Shown here piece after piece: positions 11,163-21,670 of a stretch of DNA of 64,000 nucleotides (its first letter is position 1; each line of letters begins with the position of its first letter). The position numbers were made by a program, and so were the translations under genes. Source of the DNA: an uncultured Acidobacteriota bacterium (lineage in GTDB: Bacteria > Acidobacteriota > UBA6911); the NCBI GenBank assembly GCA_963843575.1, contig CAWJKZ010000016.1:1-64000 (forward strand). Reading direction: 5' to 3'. The notes under the pieces are model-generated. The model did no database searches. It was given only the letters and a program-made list of their open reading frames with translations, and was not told where the DNA came from.

Positions 11163-12257
11163 TCAGGGCTTCGGCCGCGCGGCGTCGATCAGGAACGCCT
11201 GCCGACCGGCGCCGTGGCTCCAGAACCGTTCGCCCTCGACCACCGGTTCGCCGGTCCGGCGCCCCCGCCCCTCGGGCAGCCCGGGCACGCTCGGCAGCTC
11301 GAAGTGCGCCGCCACCTCGAAGCGCGTCGCATCGACGACGCGATACTCGTAGGGCCGGCCCGAAACCCGGTCCGACTTCTGTTCGACGAAAGTGCCCGGG
11401 TTGATGTCGCACGCGTCGAGCGATTCCGGCAGGGCACCCTTGTTGGAGTAGTACCGCTCGACCTGCCGGCCGATGGCCGCCAAGTCCTGGACGCGCTGAC
11501 GGTCCTGTGCCAGCAACCCCGCTCTCATGGGACTGCCGGCGAACCAGAACGCCACGCCCAGCACCGCCACGACCGCCGCAACCAGGGCGGCCAGCCCGAG
11601 CCTCGCCGGGCGTGCCGGGCCGGCCTCGACCGGCGTCGGCGCTTCGTCGCGCCGCAGTTCGCGGTAATAATAAAGGAAAGCTCCGCCGGCCAGGAGCGCG
11701 ACGGCCGCCACCTTCAGGCCGAACCGCGGCGTGATCTCGCCCTCGAGGAATCGCAGGATCAGGGCGATCAGGTCGACCACGATCGTGATCGAGGCCACAA
11801 ACAGGGTCAGATACGTCAGCCAGCTGCGCACCGGCGAGGTCCTCTGGCCCGGGTTGCGCGCGGTTTCCCGCGCGACGACGGAGCACATGAACAGGAAAAT
11901 CGGGAACGCCACGACCGTCGAGGCGATGCCGTAGCGCATCGGCACTATGGACGCCTGCGCCGTCTCGCCGGCCTGCGGCAGGAGAAGGTCGATCAGGTTG
12001 AACAGTATCGAACCCAGCTGAAAAGCAGCCGTGTACAGGGTGGCGAACAGCATGAGCAGAAAGAACGCCTCCCTGGGAGAAGTCGAAACGCGCTTCCGGG
12101 GCACCGGCACCGGCAGATCGCTTTCCACGTAGGCGTCGAGCGCCGCGGCAATTTCCTTCCGGGCCCAGCCCGCCTTCTGCAGGGCGCCGGCGACGTTCTC
12201 CCGGGAGACGCCACGGGAAAGCGCGTCGTGAACGAAACCTGTGATGGTCTGATTCAT
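11163..12257 (-). CDS. DUF5671-like membrane protein
   Basis: N-terminal LQKAGW motif, 5 TM segments, WLTYLTLFVA, then DRQRVQDL pilin-like soluble C-terminus. Confidence 0.65.
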   Translation of the reverse strand: MNQTITGFVHDALSRGVSRENVAGALQKAGWARKEIAAALDAYVESDLPVPVPRKRVSTSPREAFFLLMLFATLYTAAFQLGSILFNLIDLLLPQAGETAQASIVPMRYGIASTVVAFPIFLFMCSVVARETARNPGQRTSPVRSWLTYLTLFVASITIVVDLIALILRFLEGEITPRFGLKVAAVALLAGGAFLYYYRELRRDEAPTPVEAGPARPARLGLAALVAAVVAVLGVAFWFAGSPMRAGLLAQDRQRVQDLAAIGRQVERYYSNKGALPESLDACDINPGTFVEQKSDRVSGRPYEYRVVDATRFEVAAHFELPSVPGLPEGRGRRTGEPVVEGERFWSHGAGRQAFLIDAARPKP

Positions 12258-12399
12258 GGGGTCGCTCCAATCCTCTCCGGCTGATGACGCCCGCCTGGAG
12301 GTTGTGCCGCACCACGGTCGGCGGGACGATTATACGCCGCCTTGCCCGTCTCTTTTCTTGTTGATAGAAAAGCCCGCGGACGGGATAAGATAGATGGCC

Positions 12400-12996
12400 A
12401 TGAAACCACGAGAAGCTATCCTGTTTGCGGCCGTCGGGTTGATGGCGGGCGCTTGCGCGGCAGGTGCGGATCTCCAGGGCAACCCCGGGCGCGGGCGACA
12501 AGTCTTCACTGAACTGAAGTGCGCCACCTGCCACAGGGTGGCCGGCGAGGGGGGCGGCACGGCCCCGGATCTCGGGCGCCGGGACGACCGCTCGTATACG
12601 CCCAACGCGATGGCCAGCGCGATGTGGAGCCACGTGACCGCGATGTGGCCGGCGATGGACCGGGCCGGGGTGCGCCGCCCGCAGATTACCGAACAGCAGG
12701 CCGCGGACCTGTTCGCCTGGTTTGCCGGGGAGAACCGGCCGGACAAGCCCGGCTCAGCGCGGGAGGGCCGCGCCGTCTACGAGGCGAAATTCTGCGCCCG
12801 CTGCCACGACGACTCCTACAGCGGCGCCCCTTCGCTCTCCCCCTTGGCCGGCCGCGCCGACGCGTACGTCATGGTTGCCGGCCTCTGGCGTCACGGCGGA
12901 GGCATGCTCTCGCGCATGGTGGCTCGCAACACCGCCTGGCAGACGCTCACCCCCGAAGAGATGGGGAACATCATCGCCTACCTGAAAGCCCGGTGA
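12400..12996 (+). CDS. Periplasmic di-heme c-type cytochrome
   Basis: Signal peptide; two CxxCH motifs (CATCH, CARCH), each followed by (M/L)WxH...M. Confidence 0.85.
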   Translation: MKPREAILFAAVGLMAGACAAGADLQGNPGRGRQVFTELKCATCHRVAGEGGGTAPDLGRRDDRSYTPNAMASAMWSHVTAMWPAMDRAGVRRPQITEQQAADLFAWFAGENRPDKPGSAREGRAVYEAKFCARCHDDSYSGAPSLSPLAGRADAYVMVAGLWRHGGGMLSRMVARNTAWQTLTPEEMGNIIAYLKAR

Positions 12997-13078
12997 CCTG
13001 ACGTGCGGCGCCTCGGCGCCGCTGAGCCTGCGTCCTGCGGCCGAAATGTGCGGTGCCTCGAAGCCGAACCGTCTCGCT

Positions 13079-13512
13079 TCAATTCGCCGCGGCCCCCACC
13101 GGGCGGTGCTTCACGTACCGGTCGAACCACTCGAACATCTCGGCGAGCACGGTCAGCACCGATTCCCGGGCGCTGTACCCGTGACTCTCGAACGGGAGAT
13201 AGACGAACCGCGCCGTGGCGCCAAAGCCTTTGAGGGCCGCGAAAAGCCTCTCCGATTGAATCGGAAAGGTGCCGGAGTTGTTGTCCGCCATCCCGTGGAC
13301 CAGCAGGATCGGGGTCTTGATCCGGTCGGCGTGCTGTCGCTGTCGACGAGGAGCATGGTCTCCCGGCTCGGGCTCAACGAGACGCCCGGCAGCGGCGGGG
13401 CATCGAGGATCCGCACGACTTCTTTGGGCGGGAGCCTGTAAGGCTCCTACGCCGCCACGGCGCGCGATCCGGAGACACACGCGGCGACAGCCAAAACGCA
13501 CAATCGCTTCAT
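13079..13512 (-). pseudogene. S9 prolyl-oligopeptidase family (glutamyl endopeptidase-like) remnant with nonsense codon and large internal deletion
   Basis: MKRLCVLAVAACVSGSRAVAA*EPYRLPPKEVVRILDAPPLPGVSLSP joined out of frame to HADRIKTPILLVHGMADNNSGTFPIQSER...ESHGY. Confidence 0.8.
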
Positions 13513-13664
13513 TACGTCTCTCCCGTCAAATAGCCGGCAGAAGATCCGGCGCCGCCCATGAAACTTCGCCGCCCTGCAAAGACAAGGGATTGCGGCACCC
13601 GAACGTTAGGGCCAAGGTGGGCCGCGTCGGCCCGACGCAGCCCCAGGACGGCTGTTTCAGCAAC

Positions 13665-16178
13665 CTACTTTTCCGGCTTGGCCGTGCCCGCCAGCGCCTT
13701 CTCGATGGCGGCAAGGCGTGCGTTGAGCGACACGATCTCGGCGTCCTTCAGGCTCGCGGCGGCCTGCTGTGCGCGGATCGTCCTCGCCTGCTGCACGGTG
13801 TAGAGCGTCAGTTCCTCGATCTTCTCGAGCAGCCTCATCTGGAAGCCCGCCAGGTCGAGGCCCTTTTCTTTTATCTCGGAGGCGGAGGGCATCTTCGGGA
13901 GGTGCCTTTCGCGTCCCAGGTATTTCCCCAGCTCCTCGAGCGGCATCAACGCGTACCCCGGCTCGAAGACGTAGTCGGGCAGGGGTTCGTCGGGCGCACC
14001 GTAGAGGATCGCCCCGGTGACCCGCAAGTCGCCCGCCACGTGCAGCCGGGTCGTCGGCGTCGTGGTGCCGATCCCGACGTTGCCGTTGGCATCGACCGTG
14101 ACCCTCGTGTTCTTGTTTGTGTAGATGCGGAACGGGTGGTTGCTGGTGGTGCCGAAATACCCTCCGTCCTTGGCGATGGACTGCATCTCCTGGGTGACGG
14201 TCCCGGCCACGAGGGCAAACCTCGAACGGCTCGGGTCGCCCGTGTTGTCCAGGTTCGTCACCTGGATGTAGGTGGACGCGGCCTGGTCCTTTCTCACCTC
14301 GAGCATCTGGGCGGGGCTGGTGGTTCCGATCCCGACCCTGGTGTCCGCGGTTGCGCCGTTGACGCCGTTGATGCCGCCGAGGACGAGGCTGTTGCTCTGT
14401 GTCACCTTGGCGCGGGAGCCGAGGGCGGTCGCGTTGGTGATTCCCGCGCTCACGTCCGCGCTCCGCCCGAAGGCGCTGTTGTAGCTCTCGGTGGTGTTGG
14501 CGACGCCGGCGTCTACCCCGATGAAGGTATTGGACGAACCCGAGGTGTTGTTTGCGCCGGTACCGGATCCCAGGCACACGTTATACCAGCCGCTGTTGGT
14601 GTACCGGCCCGCCCGGTTCCCGACATAGGAGTTGTATCTGCCCGACAGGTTCGAGACTCCTGCCTCAAAACCCAAAAAGGCGTTCTGGCCTCCCGTGGTG
14701 TTGGACAGCCCCGCGTTCATGCCGACGAAGGAATTATCGTCCCCCGTCGTGTTGTTCATGCCCGCGCTCCTGCCGAAAAAGGCGTTATCGGTGCCGCTGG
14801 TGTTGGCGTTGCCGGCGTTCTGACCGAAGAAGGAGTTGTACGAGGCGGTGTTGTTGGAGCCAGCGCCGGCGCCGAATATGGAGTTGTCGTTGCCCGTGAG
14901 GTTGGTCCTACCGGCGCCCCAGCCGAAGAAGGAATTGCCCCCGCCGGTCGTGTCGGACGTTCCGGCCTCGAATCCGTAATAGGCGTTGAAGCCTCCGCTC
15001 GTGTTGGCGAACCCGGCGTTGTAGCCGGTAAAGGTGTTGCCCGAGACGGTGTTGTTCTTGCCTGCGCCGAAACCCAGGAATGTGTTGTTCGATCCCGACG
15101 CGCCGAAGTAACCAGTCACCGAGCCGATATAGGTGTTGAACTGACCGCTCACGTTGTAGGCTCCCGCGTTGTCGCCGAACATCGAGTTGGAGCTGCCGGT
15201 AGTGGTGGCGTTCCCGCTGTGGTAACCGACGAATGCGTTGTAGATGCCGGACGTCAGCGCGGTTCCGGCACCGGATCCGAGCAGCGTGTTGAACTCGCCT
15301 TCGGTATACTCGACCCGGCCGGCAGCGCCGAGCGATGCTGCCAGCGGCGTCGGTCCGGCCGGAGTGCCCCGAGAGAAGGCACGCAGGGCTGGCGTGGCGT
15401 CACGGCCCAGCCCGAGAGCGGTCCTCCCCGCGGCCGTCCCCGAGCTCACGACGACGGGATTTGCCGCCGTTCTCTGGACGGTCCCGTCCGGGAACACGAT
15501 CCCTTCCGACGTCCGGATCAGTCCGTTCACATCCAGCCTGGCCGAGGGCTTTTCGAGGCCGAGGCCCAGCCTGCCGTCGGAGGTCAGACGCATGTGTTCG
15601 ACGTCGCCGCCGGCGACCCCGTTGCCGATCCGGAAGCTCAATTCGCCCTTGCCGCTCACGATCCGACCCGACACCCCGTCGTGCAGCAATTGAACCGTCG
15701 GCACGTCGTCTCCTTCGTCGAGGATCGTGACGGCTTCCTCACGCTCGGACGACGCGGCGATCGCGCGCCCGTCCACCTGCGACGCTACCAGCGCCGGTGC
15801 TCCGTCGACCACCCGCAGGATGCCGTGCCGTCGGCTCCACTGACCCGTCAGGTCCTGCAAGGTGACGAGGCAGCCGTAGAGGCCGTCCGATAGAGGGTTG
15901 CCCCGCTGATCCTGGATCCTCCAGTCGAGCAGATTCCCATCCCTGAAGTCGGAGTCGAACACCTGGTCCCCGGCGGCATCGAGGACTTCCAGCCGTATCT
16001 TCAGGCCAACGCCCAGGGCGGTGAAGCGCACCTGGTCCTCGCGGGCCGCTGCCGTGACCAGAAGGGACGCGGTGCCGTCGTCACCGCCGCCTCCTGAACG
16101 GGAGGCGCGGTCCTGTGCAACTGCCAGAACTGCACTCAAAGCAAGAAAACCGGTTATCGGTAGCCGTTTGCGCACCAT
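13665..16178 (-). CDS. Secreted adhesin / tail-fibre-like repeat protein with C-terminal chaperone-like coiled-coil
   Basis: Signal peptide, about 17 repeats of NxFxGxxAGxxNTTG (16-17 aa), VGIGTTxP motifs, C-terminal PDYVF...HLPKMPSA...LLEKIEELTLY. Confidence 0.75.
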   Translation of the reverse strand: MVRKRLPITGFLALSAVLAVAQDRASRSGGGGDDGTASLLVTAAAREDQVRFTALGVGLKIRLEVLDAAGDQVFDSDFRDGNLLDWRIQDQRGNPLSDGLYGCLVTLQDLTGQWSRRHGILRVVDGAPALVASQVDGRAIAASSEREEAVTILDEGDDVPTVQLLHDGVSGRIVSGKGELSFRIGNGVAGGDVEHMRLTSDGRLGLGLEKPSARLDVNGLIRTSEGIVFPDGTVQRTAANPVVVSSGTAAGRTALGLGRDATPALRAFSRGTPAGPTPLAASLGAAGRVEYTEGEFNTLLGSGAGTALTSGIYNAFVGYHSGNATTTGSSNSMFGDNAGAYNVSGQFNTYIGSVTGYFGASGSNNTFLGFGAGKNNTVSGNTFTGYNAGFANTSGGFNAYYGFEAGTSDTTGGGNSFFGWGAGRTNLTGNDNSIFGAGAGSNNTASYNSFFGQNAGNANTSGTDNAFFGRSAGMNNTTGDDNSFVGMNAGLSNTTGGQNAFLGFEAGVSNLSGRYNSYVGNRAGRYTNSGWYNVCLGSGTGANNTSGSSNTFIGVDAGVANTTESYNSAFGRSADVSAGITNATALGSRAKVTQSNSLVLGGINGVNGATADTRVGIGTTSPAQMLEVRKDQAASTYIQVTNLDNTGDPSRSRFALVAGTVTQEMQSIAKDGGYFGTTSNHPFRIYTNKNTRVTVDANGNVGIGTTTPTTRLHVAGDLRVTGAILYGAPDEPLPDYVFEPGYALMPLEELGKYLGRERHLPKMPSASEIKEKGLDLAGFQMRLLEKIEELTLYTVQQARTIRAQQAAASLKDAEIVSLNARLAAIEKALAGTAKPEK

Positions 16179-16330
16179 GGGGTTTTCCTCCTGATGTGAG
16201 TTTCAGATAGCGATGGCAGTGATGAAATCTGACTGCGACCGGCTGCGGATTACCTTCCGTTCCGGCCGTGGGGGTGCCCCGGTGAAGAGCGGCAGCGCCG
16301 TGGTCCACGGCACTCCTCACGCTGTCTGCG

Positions 16331-16358
16331 AGTATGAGTAGAACGCGCCGTAAGTCAA
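16331..16358 (-). promoter_or_regulatory. Candidate sigma70 promoter for the adhesin gene
   Basis: TTGACT-16 nt-CATACT on the minus strand, about 150 nt upstream of AGGAGG and the ATG. Confidence 0.4.
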
Positions 16359-16464
16359 CGTCTTTTTGTCGCAGGTCGGGCCCGGCGCTGCCCTGAATGC
16401 CTGATGCAGCGGCCTCCGGGCGTCTGCCCGGCCCAACTGCCCGGTGGCCTAAGCTGCCTCTTGT

Positions 16465-17733
16465 TCAGGAGACCTGGCGGATGACTCCGAGCCGACCGAT
16501 GAGCAGATGCACCAGCGCGAGCGCGATCAAGTAGGCGAAGGCGCAGAAGGCGAAGATGGGTGCGAACGAGAGATTCTGCACGATCCAGCCGATGCTCCAC
16601 TGCGTGACGGCCCCCACGACGGCGCCCAGCGCCCCGCCGATGCCCGATACCGTCCCGACGACGCTTTTGGGGAAGACCTCGGCGGGCAGGATGATGTTTC
16701 CCCACGCTGCGTGGCCGAACATGATGGCGGTCATGATCGCGACGGCGACCGTGGGGCTGGCGACGCGCGTAATCATGAGGCAGAGCACGGGCATCGAAAG
16801 CGAGACCGCGAGCATCGTCCCCTTGCGCGCCCGGCTCAGCGGCCACCCCCGGGCGATGAGCCAACGCGGGATGCCGCCGCTGGCCAGGTTGCCGAGGGTG
16901 AGCGCGACGAACGGGATCCAGAGGTACACCCCCACGTCGGCGAGGTTGAAACCGCGCTCACGCTGGAAGTACTGCGGAGTCCAGAAGAACAGGAAATAGG
17001 AAATTGGATCCGTCAGGACGCGCGCCAGCACGCAGCCCCAGGTCTCCGGCATTCTCAAGAGCCGTCGGACCGGCACGCGGCCCGGCGTCTCGGACGCCGG
17101 CGCCTCGCCGGCGTCCGAAAGGATGAGCTTCTTCTCTTCGGCGGTGATCCAGGGATGGTCTTGGGGCAGCCTGTAGAGCGCCGCCCACACGGCCACCCAG
17201 ATGAAGCCGACGGCCCCGGTTGCGACGAAAGCCCAGCGCCACCCCCAGGTGAGCGCGATCCACGGCACCAGCAGGGCCGCGAAGGCCGACCCGAGAGAAG
17301 TACCGGCGTTGAAGATGCCGACCGCCAGCGCGCGCTCCTTCAGGGGAAACCACTCCGAAACGGCCTTGACGCCGGCAGGGAAGTTCACCGGCTCGGCGAT
17401 CCCCAGCATGAACCGGAAGATGGAAAAGTGCAGCGCGCTCCGCGCCAGGCCGTGCAGCATGTTGACTACCGACCACGCGGACACGAAAATCATCAGCCCC
17501 AGGCGGCTCCCAATGGAATCGACGAGCCGGCCGCCGACGGCGTACATGATCGCGTAGCTGATCAGGAACGATGAGGTGATGCGCGAATAATCCACGGCGC
17601 TCAGGCCGAGTTCGCGCTGGATCGTGTCGGCCAGCACCGACAGGGTCTGGCGGTCCAGGTAGTTCAGCTCGGTGGAGAGGCACAGCAGCAGGACGATGTA
17701 CCAACGCAAGTGTGGGATGCTGCGTTTTTTCAT
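16465..17733 (-). CDS. MFS transporter, ExuT/hexuronate (ACS) type
   Basis: LRWYI...LNYLDRQTLSVLA, EWFPLKERALAVGIFNAG; 12 TM. Confidence 0.85.
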   Translation of the reverse strand: MKKRSIPHLRWYIVLLLCLSTELNYLDRQTLSVLADTIQRELGLSAVDYSRITSSFLISYAIMYAVGGRLVDSIGSRLGLMIFVSAWSVVNMLHGLARSALHFSIFRFMLGIAEPVNFPAGVKAVSEWFPLKERALAVGIFNAGTSLGSAFAALLVPWIALTWGWRWAFVATGAVGFIWVAVWAALYRLPQDHPWITAEEKKLILSDAGEAPASETPGRVPVRRLLRMPETWGCVLARVLTDPISYFLFFWTPQYFQRERGFNLADVGVYLWIPFVALTLGNLASGGIPRWLIARGWPLSRARKGTMLAVSLSMPVLCLMITRVASPTVAVAIMTAIMFGHAAWGNIILPAEVFPKSVVGTVSGIGGALGAVVGAVTQWSIGWIVQNLSFAPIFAFCAFAYLIALALVHLLIGRLGVIRQVS

Positions 17734-17963
17734 AGTTGCTATCCGCGAGACCGGTAATCGCCGGATTGTTATCACGGTGCGCCGGCGGCAGGCAACGAAT
17801 TAGTGGGGGGGCCGGTGATCTGACGCGGGTTTGCGGGAGGTCCGGCGGCAGGCGAGTGCCCGAATACCCGTCAACTGTCCCCGAAATGCGCGGCAGGGAA
17901 TCGTGATATAAGTGGCCCGGCGCGGGGAGCCGGGAGGCGTCGACCCGCATCGGCGAGGAGCGG

Positions 17964-18830
17964 ATGATGAAAAAGGCACTTGGGCTGGTGATGGCTTTGG
18001 CGGTGGCATTGAGCTGTGCCGGTGCGCAGGAAGGCGCCCTGGTGCGGGAGATCAGGGCGCACGAATCGGGTATCGCGCTGTGGTGGCTTGGCAACGACGG
18101 CTGGCTGATCAAGTCCGGCGGCACTTTGATGGCCATCGACCCCGACCTGGAGACGGAGGACAAGGTTCAGCCGCCGCCCGTCCGCGCTCAAGAGCTGGCT
18201 GGGGAACTCGACGTCGCCTTTGTCACCCACCACCACGGCGACCACTGCAACATCCCAACCCTGCGGGAATTGGCGCGGGGCGCCCGGTGCTCGTTCGTCT
18301 TGCCGCGGCCGTGCCTGAAGGAAGCCGCGGGCCTGGCGTTGCCCGAAGAGCGGGTCATCGTGCCCGAACCGGGCCACCCGTTCGAGGTCAAGGGAATACG
18401 GGTCGAGCCGATTCACGCCATCCACGGCAACCAGGAGTTCACGGTCCTGACCCGCGAGGCTGATTTCGCGGAGTCGATCGCGCACAACTGCGGCTATGTG
18501 TTTACCATCGGGGGGAAACGGTTGCTCCAGCCGGGTGATTCGGTCCTGACCGAAGAACACCTCGGGCTCAGAGGGATCGACGCGCTGTTCGTCTCGCCCA
18601 CGGTCCACAACATGTACATCGATCGCTCGATGATCCTCATCAACCGTCTCGAGCCGGCCTACATTTTCCCCCAGCACTTCGAAACGTACCGCCAGACGGA
18701 TGAGAACGCGTTCTGGACCCGGGGCTACCCGGACGAGCTCAAGGCGCGCCTTTCCAATACCCTTCAAAAGCGCTACCACAAGTTGCGCCAGGGGCAGAAG
18801 TATGTGATCCCCGCGGGTGGAGGGAGATAG
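17964..18830 (+). CDS. Secreted MBL-fold metallo-hydrolase (UlaG-like)
   Basis: Signal peptide, LWWLGNDG, THHHGDH, PGDS, PQHFET. Confidence 0.8.
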   Translation: MMKKALGLVMALAVALSCAGAQEGALVREIRAHESGIALWWLGNDGWLIKSGGTLMAIDPDLETEDKVQPPPVRAQELAGELDVAFVTHHHGDHCNIPTLRELARGARCSFVLPRPCLKEAAGLALPEERVIVPEPGHPFEVKGIRVEPIHAIHGNQEFTVLTREADFAESIAHNCGYVFTIGGKRLLQPGDSVLTEEHLGLRGIDALFVSPTVHNMYIDRSMILINRLEPAYIFPQHFETYRQTDENAFWTRGYPDELKARLSNTLQKRYHKLRQGQKYVIPAGGGR

Positions 18831-18950
18831 AGGCGGAACCGGAAGACGGAAGCCGAAGACGCTTGGGGTTTTCTAATGCGTATCTCCTTGACGGACAGGG
18901 GCGGGGTGGGCTCACATGGACGGCCGGCAACCGCTTTGGGGAGGATGTGA

Positions 18951-20117
18951 ATGGACAAACCAGTTCAGGTCGCGAGTGCCTCAACAACCGAGAAGAAGCC
19001 GACGGCGCCGCAGCGCTTCGTGTCGCTCGATTTTTTCCGCGGTGTGACGATGTTCCTCCTGGTGGGCGAAGCCACCGAGCTCTACTCGCTCCTGCGCAGC
19101 CCGGCGTTCCAGGGCTCCGTCCTGGGTTTCATTGGGTGGCAGCTCGAGCACCACGAGTGGAACGGGCTGCACTTCTGGGATCTTATCCAGCCCTTCTTCA
19201 TGTTCATCGTCGGCGTAGCGATGCCATTTTCTTTCGCGCGGCGCTGGGAGGCGGGGGAGACGTGGGGTGAAAGCCTGAAGCACGCGCTGCGCAGGTCGGC
19301 GCTGCTGCTGCTTTTCGGCTGGGGCCTCTACTGCATCGGGCCAGGCCGGATCACCTTCCAGCTCTGGAACGTGCTGGCCCAGCTCTCGGTTACCTACCTC
19401 GTCGCCTTTCTGCTGATGCGCAAGCCGGCGCGGGTGCAGATCGGCGTCACGATCCTGCTCCTGGTCGCCACCGAGCTCCTGTACCGCCTCTGGCCCGTCC
19501 CTGGATTCGACCAGCCGTTTGTGCCGGACCACAACTTCGGCTCCTGGATGGATTACCTGCTGATGGGCCAGCTGTCGCGGGGCCACTGGGTTGCGATCAA
19601 CGCGTTGCCCACCACCGCCCATACGATGTGGGGCGTGCTGGCCGGCCAGGTGATCAGGAGCGCCCGGCTGCCGATGCAGAAGCTGAAGATCCTGGGCCTG
19701 GCGGGGGTCATCGGGCTGGTCGTGGGTTACGCGCTCGACCCGGCGCTCGTGCTGGGCCATGGCATCACCCCGATCACCCCCGTGATCAAGCGGATCTGCA
19801 CGAGCTCGTTCGTCATAGTGTCGGGCGGGTGGTGCCTGATCGGCCTGGCGCTGTCGTACTGGTTCATCGACGTGAAGAACTTCCGGCGCGGCGTCCTGTT
19901 CTTCAACGTCGTCGGGATGAACTCGCTGTTCATCTACCTCGTCACCAACACCGGCGGCGCGGACTGGTTCCAGAGGATGGCGAAGCCTTTCGTGCACGGG
20001 CTTTTCGCGTGGGCGGCGGATCCGTACCCGGAGGTCGCCACGAGCCTCGTGGTCTGGGCCATGCTCTGGGGGCTCTGCTACTGGATGTACAAGAGGCGGA
20101 TTTTCATCAAGATCTGA
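18951..20117 (+). CDS. DUF5009 / heparan-alpha-glucosaminide N-acetyltransferase-like membrane protein
   Basis: RFVSLDFFRG, HHEWNG, DLIQPFFMFIVG, PVIKRICTSSF, VGMNS. Confidence 0.85.
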   Translation: MDKPVQVASASTTEKKPTAPQRFVSLDFFRGVTMFLLVGEATELYSLLRSPAFQGSVLGFIGWQLEHHEWNGLHFWDLIQPFFMFIVGVAMPFSFARRWEAGETWGESLKHALRRSALLLLFGWGLYCIGPGRITFQLWNVLAQLSVTYLVAFLLMRKPARVQIGVTILLLVATELLYRLWPVPGFDQPFVPDHNFGSWMDYLLMGQLSRGHWVAINALPTTAHTMWGVLAGQVIRSARLPMQKLKILGLAGVIGLVVGYALDPALVLGHGITPITPVIKRICTSSFVIVSGGWCLIGLALSYWFIDVKNFRRGVLFFNVVGMNSLFIYLVTNTGGADWFQRMAKPFVHGLFAWAADPYPEVATSLVVWAMLWGLCYWMYKRRIFIKI

Positions 20118-20166
20118 AATTTACTTCGAAGGCTTCAAGCGCCCGAACAGTCTCCAGCGGGGATCG

Positions 20167-21561
20167 TCAGGCCAAGCCGGCCCTGTCCTTCGCTTCCTGC
20201 TTTTCCAGCCAGGTGTTGAAGAGCCACATCGAGAGGGCCGAGACGAGGCCGATCGCCATGAAGATCACCCAGCCCAGGGCGTTGTGCGAGGGCACGAGCT
20301 CGAGCAGCCCGTCTGGGCGCCGCGTCGCGCCCCGCGCCATCACCTCGTTGAAGATGAGCGCCCCCACCGGTCCGCCGGCCAGCGATCCGAAAGCCAGCGG
20401 GAGGTTGGCGTAACCCAGGAAGAGCCCCTCCTGCCCTTTGGGCGCCATCGCCCCGACGTATTCGTACATGCGGGCCGACGTGAACAGCTCCGCGAAGGCG
20501 CCCAGCGCGATCGACGCCACGATGATCAGCGAGCCGACCGGGATCAGGCCCGCCCAGGGCAACCTCAAATCGCTCCCGGTGAAGATCGGGACCATGTTGA
20601 GCGCCATCGCCGCGCCAATGATCACCGTCCCGACGATCATCGAGCGGATCGGCCGCATCTTCCCGAACAGCCTCGTCACCAGCAGCTGGAAACAGACGAT
20701 CACCAGCGGGTTGGCCATGGTGTAGATGTCCATGGCCGGCCTCGACTCCACCACCGTCTTCAAGTAGAGCGGCAGCGCGACGTACACCTGGTTGTAGAGG
20801 AAGAAGAAGCCGCACGAAACCAGCAGGAACAGGAAGAAGCGCAGGTTGAAGATGACCGTGACCATCCCGACCAGTATTTCCGCCACGGTGCGTTTCGGTT
20901 TTCCGGAGGGCGTGCTTCCGGGGGAGGTCTCCGGGCCGCGGTAGAGGGCCGCCACGACGAAGAACGCCAGGACGGCCATCGAGGCCGCGACGGCGAAGAT
21001 CGCCGACAGCGCCGCTCCGGGCCTCGTCCGCACGTAGAAGGCCACGCCTCGGCCGAAGAGCGAGCCGACGTTGACCACCACGTAGAAGATCGCGAACGCC
21101 AGCGTGGCGCGCGCCCCGGCGGTCTTCTGTGTGGTGCCGAGGATGCAGGGCTTGACGACGGAGCCGCCGAAACCGATGAGGAGGATCCCCAGGACGGCGG
21201 GGAGCACGACGTTCGCGCCCGCCGTCACCTGCCGCTCGATGGTGGGGGCCAGCTCGGCGCCGCCAAGCCAGACCGGGCAGCCCAGCAGGAGGTATCCGGC
21301 GGCCAGCAGCACGAACGCGCCCAGCAGCGCGCGGCGGAAGCCGATCTGGTCGGCCATCGTCCCGGAAAGTATCGGCAGGAAATAGATCAGGAACCACAGG
21401 AGCGTGTTGAGCATGGCGGGCCAGTAGGTGCCCAGCCCCAGCTGGCCGAGGTAGATCACGACGAAACTCGCCATCGAGTAGTAGGCTGCGCGTTCGAACA
21501 GCTCGGTGACGTTGGCGTACCAGAAGACGGGCGGGAAACGGTGAGGGGCTTTCTCGGTCAT
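20167..21561 (-). CDS. MFS transporter, POT/PTR peptide-transporter-like
   Basis: ELFERAAYY (ExxER motif), GGSVVKP, FAIFYVVVNVGS, APKGQEGLFLG. Confidence 0.8.
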   Translation of the reverse strand: MTEKAPHRFPPVFWYANVTELFERAAYYSMASFVVIYLGQLGLGTYWPAMLNTLLWFLIYFLPILSGTMADQIGFRRALLGAFVLLAAGYLLLGCPVWLGGAELAPTIERQVTAGANVVLPAVLGILLIGFGGSVVKPCILGTTQKTAGARATLAFAIFYVVVNVGSLFGRGVAFYVRTRPGAALSAIFAVAASMAVLAFFVVAALYRGPETSPGSTPSGKPKRTVAEILVGMVTVIFNLRFFLFLLVSCGFFFLYNQVYVALPLYLKTVVESRPAMDIYTMANPLVIVCFQLLVTRLFGKMRPIRSMIVGTVIIGAAMALNMVPIFTGSDLRLPWAGLIPVGSLIIVASIALGAFAELFTSARMYEYVGAMAPKGQEGLFLGYANLPLAFGSLAGGPVGALIFNEVMARGATRRPDGLLELVPSHNALGWVIFMAIGLVSALSMWLFNTWLEKQEAKDRAGLA

Positions 21562-21670
21562 GCGGAACATCCCTGTGTGCGTGCAGCATGGTGAACTGGA
21601 GTGCGGCGCCTTGGCCCGAACCTTCCACGCATTTTGGACCGCAGAGCGGGGACAAACAAAAAACAACTTG

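Noticed and set aside
14440-15295. Periodic ~51-bp repeats as a possible CRISPR array
   Set aside because: They are degenerate coding repeats of the adhesin; there are no identical direct repeats or cas genes.
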